Positions 52,997 to 64,000 of a DNA stretch of 64,000 nucleotides are shown one piece after another. Position 1 is the first letter of the stretch, and each line of letters begins with the position of its first letter. Source of the DNA: Lingula anatina (Eukaryota > Animalia > Brachiopoda); assembly GCA_051362555.1 (NCBI GenBank), contig CM120645.1:6014001-6078000 (forward strand), given 5' to 3'. The notes below the pieces were generated by a model. It was not told the DNA's origin. It saw only the letters and a program-made list of their open reading frames with translations, and searched no databases. The position numbers and the translations under genes are program-made.

Positions 52997-53076
52997 AGCC
53001 AATATTTTGCCGGATAACCAGTTAGAAGACTTCTATACAGACGTCTACAGACTTCTTCAGACTCTCGCAACAAACA

Positions 53077-53819
53077 ATGAAGGCGTGCGTTCTTATCCTG
53101 CTTTTGGTTGTTGCTGCCGTTGTCATTGAAGGTAAGCAGGGTTACTCTCTCTGACCACGGGGTACGCTCGTAGTGTGTTAATTACAAAAAATGTTGAAAG
53201 CGACCCACAGTTTGATTATGTGCAGTATTTTACTATCTTAGGGTACACAGCGGGATACAGTAGAGATTTTGGATAACAAACGGCTTACCGTAAGACATGT
53301 ACATGGGTTACAGATCACACTTGCTTTTTGTATCCGTGCACATAGATTATCGTAATACATCTCCATTTGTCTTCAAATTGCAGAGACCAGTGCAGGGCCC
53401 GGAGTAGCTTCGGCAAGCCTGGCAGCTACATGCACCTGTTGCGGCAATACCTGTTCCGGGACAAGCTGTAGTTGTAATGGCTGTAATTGCGACGGTTCTG
53501 ACAGTGTGGTAAGTGCTCTTGAATTGTACTATTTCTCTTATTTTTTTCTTTGTGACTATCTGTGGATGGGTGGGTTGCTTGTGGGGTGGGGGTGTCTGTG
53601 CTACAAAAGCATTCCCCTTAATTATCATTGTAACAATTGTAAAAACGGGTCAAATCTAGTCGTGTTCGAACCTCTAAATGCACCAAGGTTTGATGAAACT
53701 ACCTCGTAGAATGTTACAGTGTATATTGTAAATATTTACATGAGATCAAAGATATGCTTTACGAATGCAAATCCCTTTATTTTCAATGTTTTACTTTCAA
53801 TTTCCAGAGTTATCGGTAG
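53077..53819 (+). CDS. Small secreted 8-Cys peptide, copy A (~63 aa)
   Basis: Exons 53077-53131, 53384-53508, 53808-53819: [63 protein letters not shown]. The structure is shared with copies B and C; exon 3 is the least certain. Confidence 0.75.
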
Positions 53820-54414
53820 AAATCTAGAGAGTGATGATACAAAGCGGCAATTTTCAGAAGAGCCCATTGTTCTTGGAAGCAATAAAGACTTTTCGCTGAA
53901 TTATCTCTGCAAGTTTTTAAGCTATCTTCTTATTTACATGACATCTTTTTAAAAAACAAACCCAAAACGCCGAATTTGTTAACCAAAACGAGATAATTTG
54001 ATTATTCATGTTTGCAAGTAAAATGGAGAAAGAATATAAGTACAATAAATTGTAAAAATAATAATTGTTTCTTCTTCTGTTTATAAAAAGTGTGTATAAC
54101 TCTATAGTTATTCACAGTGTGTATTACTCTATGTGGGAGAGATTGTTTACCAACTCAAAGTACGTTCTACAATTAATTAACCATCCATACCAGTGTTAAT
54201 GAGATGGTCTTACGGCCTTTTACAGATTTTTCCTACGATTTGCCTGAAATAACATTTAACAGGACTTTCTTATTGTGGATGGCTAAAGACCTTCTCACAA
54301 CGAACGTCCTATTTTAGCGATACAGCTGTACCGGTACATTTATAATACTTCACTATCTTATTACTCCACGACGGACTTAGCTTCCTTTTGCACATTCGCT
54401 TTAAGCTTGTTTCC

Positions 54415-54468
<54 letters not shown>

Positions 54469-55225
54469 TTTACATGAGGGGTGTTTTTTTAATGAATACC
54501 ATCAAAGGTATCTTTAAACACTGGTGTCGTCATTCGAGATAAAAAAAAAACTGAGAGAATCCGCGTGAGGCGGGGTTTACCTTTCAGAGCAACACGGGTG
54601 GAACTGTACGCGCCGCGATTGTTGTCTCAAACAGACAAAAAAAAAACGCAAAACATGGTGAATAGGCACTGGTTTGCAAAAGACAATAATTATGCAGTAC
54701 TTAAAAAAAACACCTTTTTACAGTATGTAAAAATAGTTTAAAAGCTGTGGCAGTGAAATTGGGCCTATTTTTCAGTTACTAGACACCGTTTCTGCATTGT
54801 CCGTGATTCAGTTCATTATTAGATTCATGGGGACACACATTTTTATTCAGGCAAGGTCTGGGTAGGATTAACCACAGAAAGAATGAGATACTGAGCGAGG
54901 GTTGTTAGAGAATGGACAGTATTTTTTGGTGCAGCGCGCGGAATATTTTAAAAGTGACCTGATCCCCTAGTAAAGATAACATACATATTTGAAAGTTTAA
55001 ACTATATATTCTTGCTTGCACTGTCATTTGAAGTCGAAATACAAGAATAAATGGGAGAGGGTAGTTATTCATTACCCACAAAAATATAGTGTCTTTATGT
55101 TGTCTAATGACAGAAAACCCCTCGACGATTTCAATCATCGAAGAGACGGGTCATAAATTATTAAAACCGGCAGAAGTGCTGATTCAGATTGAGATCACCA
55201 AGAGCGATAATAACCAGCATGTGAG

Positions 55226-58186
<2,961 letters not shown>

Positions 58187-59621
58187 CTAGAGCGTGACGT
58201 GTTTCAATTAGTAAACTGTCATTATTAGAGCATATTTCGCACAGTTCATAAAAAAAAGCTTTTCGGGCAAAACTAATGCTCAAAACAGATAGCTGAAACA
58301 TCTGAGGAAGAAAAGCCGCATTCAACCTTAACGATAAATCAGAAAAGAAAAACGGAAGTACACAGTTGATTGCACAACGCCTTGTGATAATTTTGTTCCT
58401 CCCCCATCCCCTCCCACCCCCATCCCAACCAACAAACACACACACACACACACACACGCACGCACGCACGCCGTCAATTGCTGATATGATTACATACCCA
58501 ACATCTCCAGCGCCGGAATAACATATAACCCACATCCCCCTTGTCTCCATGCTTCCCCACCCCTCTCCACCCAATTAAATCACACACGTACCCCCTCATC
58601 CCAAACTTATTTAACTTCGTGCCTGTTTTAACTATTCCTGTTTAAACTATACGTGCAAGTTTAAAATTCAGTAATTTTTTTCTTCTTATTTCCATTTATT
58701 GATATACAGGAGAAGTAGTAAACAATAAATCACGGGTCAGACCTATCCTCGGTCCCGTGACCTACTCGACGATACGAGAAAATGCGGTCTGGTACGAGCA
58801 ATTTTGATACCGTACTGAGGATAAACAAAAACAATTCTTGCGTTATTTCCCCTTATTTTTTACAGACAGCAAACGTTTAATAACCTCTCAGGCCAGATCC
58901 TGCATCTTAATTGCGCCTTATCTTTGAATTTAAAAATAACAGGATATACATGTAGCTTGTTTTCGTTTTAAGAACATTTTAGCATTGACCTACTAAACGA
59001 GAAATGTCAGCGCAGGTGGTTTTTTTGTTGTTTGTAAGAGACAAATTGGCGCACGTGTGATGAAATAGACGGGGTAGGGTACCCACTACGAGAGAGAGGA
59101 TTGGTCAGCTAGATCTCAGTGAGACCATACCGGTAGTCATGTTATCAGTGTGGGATTTGAAAACCACTTCCCTTACACTCTCTCCACACTCCTCCGCAGG
59201 GTATATGTCAGTTAAAATAATCAGTTATCATACTTACATGTATATTCCGTGTGGCGAAAATACTGGATTTAAAAACATTTAATTTGAAAAGTCGGGAACA
59301 ATGCTCATACATGGATAAGCATGTATATATCAATGGAGAAATATATCCGGCACTTGTTTCTGGATACCAGGTCATTTCTCCTGACTTTAAAGGATTGTTG
59401 TTATTGAAAAGAGGAACGGTCAAAAATAAACGTGTTTTGCATTACCTTGTGTAATTTTACCTCATACGTGATTTTTGTCGTGTTATTGATGTGTAAGTAT
59501 CGTAATAAACCCGCTGAAGACAGTATATAAGCTCACGTTTCGACAGAAAGTCAGTCAGAGAGACATCTGTATATTAAACCTAAAATATCTGATAGCTGCT
59601 GCCATTGCTCTCACGGCAAAA

Positions 59622-60309
59622 ATGTAGACGTGCGTTCTAATCGTTCTTTTGGTTGTTGCTGCCGTTGTCATTGAAGGTAAACAGGGTTGTATTTGAACGG
59701 CATTTAACGGCACATACATTGTAAGTGCATCATAGCTGGAGGTAGAGAGTCTATGAGTAACAGAGTGCATGTCATAGAATATGTGTAACACGTGTTGTCT
59801 GCGTAGCACACACACAAACACACACACACACACACACTTCATTAATTGATCTCAATTTTCTTCAAATTTTAGAGACCACCGCAGCCGCAGCCAGCATGGA
59901 AGCAACATGCACCTGTTGCGGCAACACCTGTTCTGGGTCAAAGTGCCGTTGTGATGACAACTGTAATTGCAGCGCCTCTGACAAAGAGAGAGCCGTAAGA
60001 GCTCTTGGATTGTATTTATTATTATTATTTTCTCTTTTCTACTATGTGTATGTGTGCGTGTGTGAGAGAGAGAGGGTGTGGACATACGCGTGTATGTGTG
60101 CTCTAGAGACATTCCATTTAGGTTCTATCCTTGTTATAACTGCACGATGTCGGTCAAATCTTATCGTGTTCGAACCTCTTGATGCGCATCAGTTTGATGG
60201 AATTGTTTCGTAAAATATCATGTTTTAAATAGTCATATGAGGTCAAAGATATGCTTGCAAATCTCTAACTCTTAATTTCCAGGAATTACGCCATGCAGAA
60301 TGGAGCTAG
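59622..60309 (+). pseudogene. 8-Cys peptide copy B: ATG-TAG at codons 1-2; possible signal-less 41-aa product from ATG 59896
   Basis: Exons 59622-59676, 59873-59994, 60283-60309. Codon 2 is TAG where paralogs have AAG. The rest is intact: [41 protein letters not shown]. Confidence 0.7.
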
Positions 60310-62653
60310 AGGGATGAAAGAAAGGGACTGCCATTATAGTTCTCTGCGGAGCCATTATCCTTGGACTCAATATAAAAAATCACTGAACTGTCTCTACCTG
60401 TAAACGTTATGCTACTGCGGTGAACTGAAATATTGCTTCTATACTATCAGTTTATTTACATGACATATGGTTAGAAAAATACATTAAACACCGAATATGT
60501 CAACATTAACTGACGTGTGAATTAATTTCATTTATTTTTATAGAAATAGAGAAAGATCTCAATAAAACAGTTTAATACAAATATTTACATGTGTCTGTTT
60601 TCTTTCTATTTACAACAATCTGTCCGATACTTTACGTACCAGTGTGTACAGTATGTATTACACTATACGAAGTATGCGAATTAACTTCACTAAATTAAAG
60701 CATGTTTTGGAACTGATTACACACTGCCATCAAATTCAACTAAAAAATATGGAAAATGAGAAGTATAGTGAGCTTTGCACCTTTCTTAAGTTCCTTTGTC
60801 TTAATGTAAGCCAGGTTCTCATTTGGAAAACCCATGTCGATCACATTTACACCAAAACTAACCAGGCGATATAATTTATCAGTATTTTAAAGAGAGTGAG
60901 GTTTTTGTCTTAGGAGTTCCTGAAAATCCACATGCCGCTTGTCCTTGAAAAATGCTGTGGAAGTGTATCACACTGTATTGACAAAATGTCAAGCAGATAA
61001 ATAAAAATCCGTTTAGAAAAGAGATTGTAAGATTCTATGCACAGAAACCTTTTATACAGAGACACTACAACAAGCAAAATTAAATCCAGTGCCTTTACAG
61101 AGCGAAAATCTATATTCAATTTTTTTTTTTTTAAATTCGAAACGAAGTATGCAAAAGCTGAATCACTACTTGTTATAACCAGAACAACGTGTTGCTATAA
61201 GTGAGTGCATGTACCGGGCATACTCTTGGCACATTCAGAAATTCTATATTCCGAAAGTAAAATAAGATTGAAAATAATTTTGTCCATTTGGCACTTGCAA
61301 ACTTAAATGCATAAGCCAAGTTGCCTTGAACTATTTTAAAGATTTTAAATGATTTAGTATTTCAATCACAGAATCGGTCTTTCATATTTGCAGTAGAAGA
61401 TTATTTATTGTGTTTAAGTTACTTTTATCACAATGTTAGAGAACATGTACGTGTATTTCATAAATGAAAATTATCTAACACAAGCACAAAATATTTCATA
61501 CCGTTAGCTTACTGTCAACTTGGACGTACACTGTAGGCCTTCATCAGATTGATGTTAGTAGATGTTGTTTCTCACTTACCGCTAGGTGGTATAGCGGCCA
61601 GGACCCTCCCATAAATGTCCGGTAGATCGACCCCCGCTCCACCACTACCAGCCCCCCCCCCCCCCCCCCCCCCCCCCCGTCCCTATTCATGATTGGTCGT
61701 AAGCTAACGCTATGTTTTTCTGCTGCTCGTGTTTTATAATTTTTATTTATGATCCAACTACCAAGTTAATGAACATTTTTGCTCATTTACGCATATAGTC
61801 CATCTTTCGGCTTGAAAAATCAGGAAAATGTTTCATTAAATTGTCTTACATCAGACTACTGACTAAAAACATGCGTGATACAGGGGTACACGGAAACAGT
61901 TATCGAAAAAAATACCCTTCTTAATTTTCTCAGTAAAAACAGAGACAGGCGAGGGAAAAATCAAATAACGTAGAACTAAGCCAAGTTTCTTCTAAACTGA
62001 TTGCACAATGGGAGTGCGTTGAAAACATACCGCGCGATGATTTAAAGAATAAGAAAATGTCTTCATCATTTTGTTTTAGGAAAGCACGAACAACGACCAT
62101 ACGAAGAGTTGTCGACGTGCTGGACAATATTACATTTGTCAGAGACAATTAATCACTGTAAATCTGATGTAAAGGATAGGGTAGGGTGCCCAAAAAGAAA
62201 TGGAGGATTGGTAAAAATCTTTGTTTGACCACAATAACGCCATCTTTGTGAAATCTGATAACCAAGATCTTCATGTGTCTTACCACTCACCTCTTTTATA
62301 CATAAAATAAGATAATTAGTATTCATATCCATATTCCAAAAGGCGAAAGTTCGTTGCAATTTTTAAAAACAACACTGTTATAATATCGGCACGAAATATA
62401 TCATTCGAGACATCTTCAGGCACTTGTTTCAGGACATGAGGCCACCCCTTATATTTTGAAGAATAGTAGAAAGAGATAAGGTCTGATATAAACATAATTA
62501 GTGCTTGGCACGGCTTTATGCAACATTTACGCATACTTGTTTTATGGACGACTGACAAGTGTATATAAGCTCACTTTTCGTCGGAGAGTCAGTCAGTAAG
62601 ACATCTACAGGCCGATATATTTGATAGTTGCTGCTCATTCTCTAACGGCTAAA

Positions 62654-63511
62654 ATGAAGACGTGTGTTCTCATCGTGCTTTTGGTTGTTGCGGCTGTTGT
62701 CATTGAAGGTACACGAATATGAATTGTATTAACAATAATTGTAAATGCATCGCGGCAAGAGGCTACATGGTTATTATAAGAGAGGGTTTATAATGAAATA
62801 TTTGTAGTAGAGAACACTGGTTGTCTGTATCCGTCCACACACACACACACACACACACACAAGCAAACACACACACACACACAAACACACGCAAACACAC
62901 ACGAACACACGCACACGCACACACACACACACACGCACACACACACAAACACGCACACACTGTGGATTGCATGATCCCAATTTTCTTCAAATTTTAGAGA
63001 CCACCGCCAGACTCGACGCCACGTGCACCTGTTGCGGCAAAACCTGTTCCGGGTCAAGCTGTAGTTGTGATGACAACTGCAATTGCAGCGCTTCTGATGT
63101 CAAAGTAAAAACCGTAAGTGTTCTTGAATTGTAGTTATTATTCTTTTTTCTCTCTTTTCGTGTGTCAATATCTCTTTATTGGGACGGGTACTCTCTGAAC
63201 ACATGGTGGGCTAGTAGCCTGTTACCAAATTATTGTATTGCTTAATTTAATTTTGTATAACATTTAAAAGCCTCTGATTTCAGAGGGTTGGGATTGGGGG
63301 GGGGGGGGGGGGCGTTTGTCCTACATATACCTTCCACTTTTCCTTGTAATACAATGTAAGTACGGTTCAAATCTCGCCATGTTCGAATCTCTGAATGCAC
63401 CTAAGCTTGATGAAACCATTTCGTACAATACTAAGTTTTAAATAACCATGCAAATCACCTGTGTCTCTGATTATTAATTTTCAGGCATCAAGCTCTGCAG
63501 GAGTACAGTAA
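62654..63511 (+). CDS. Small secreted 8-Cys peptide, copy C (~65 aa)
   Basis: Exons 62654-62708, 62998-63113, 63485-63511: [65 protein letters not shown]. Confidence 0.78.
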
Positions 63512-64000
63512 AGACATGATACAAAACTATTGCTGTTGCGGTTGCCCGTAGAGCCATTCTTTATTGGAGAAATATGAAAAATCACTGGACCATCTCTCCT
63601 GCAAATTTTCAACAGCGAACTGAAATATTGTTTCTATACTTTCAACTGTAATACATGATATATGATTAGAAAAAATACGGTAACTTGAGTACTGAATATT
63701 TCAACAGAAATAGACTTTTGGGCAATACGCATTCATTTTCGAGAAATAAAGAGAGATCCCAATAAAAAAAGCATTTTCTTCTATCTGTTTTCTTTCTGTT
63801 TCAAAAAGCTGCCCCTAGCTATTATATTAGTTAACAGCGTGTATTACTTTATGGGGAAGCACACGTATTAGCTTTACCATAATCACGAATTGATAAAATG
63901 CATATGTCAATCCGAGGGTTTGATTCGAGGGCTCGTACGCATTTCACAGTATCAGACGCGACACCGCTCTTGCCTAGTACGCGATGTGATCGGGACGATT

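Noticed and set aside
52700-53076. Metal-response elements upstream of the Cys-peptide genes
   Set aside because: I found no clear TGCRCNC cluster by eye, so metallothionein-type regulation is not supported.
54417-54467. Long poly-G tract (and poly-C tracts) as functional G-quadruplex elements
   Set aside because: Homopolymer runs are common in such assemblies, their lengths are unreliable and there is no supporting context.
58300-61640. Candidate first (signal) exons of the serine protease, which could nest peptide copy B in an intron
   Set aside because: Candidates near 58300, 58500, 59175 and 61580 lack a convincing signal peptide with a phase-1 donor; left unresolved.

Overview
AT-rich, intron-containing animal genomic DNA (probably a marine invertebrate; the taxon is not determinable from the sequence alone). 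There are no prokaryotic features. I spliced the genes by hand using GT/GC-AG boundaries and reading-frame phase. The window holds three tandem gene arrays and two singletons. (1) 1.3-22.7 kb: four Shisa-like single-pass membrane protein loci with a signal exon, 2/1/0/3 exon-encoded Cys/Tyr-rich modules, a TM exon and a Pro-rich PY-type tail, plus an orphan tail fragment. (2) 25.0-29.8 kb: a secreted, probably GPI-anchored TIMP/NtA(CCDC3)-like protein. (3) 31.3-50.2 kb: four intact 8-exon D-aspartate/D-amino-acid oxidase paralogs, all ending in SKL, with divergent active-site residues and patchy gene conversion. (4) 50.4-63.5 kb: a family of small secreted 8-Cys peptides (two intact copies, one ATG-TAG start-stop copy with a new internal ATG, one inverted truncated copy). 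(5) 55.2-58.2 kb, minus strand: an S1 serine protease with an N-terminal 6-Cys clip/beta-defensin-like domain. Non-autonomous DNA transposons (Harbinger, Kolobok, Helentron/HINE, EnSpm-like, Tc1 relic) are interspersed.
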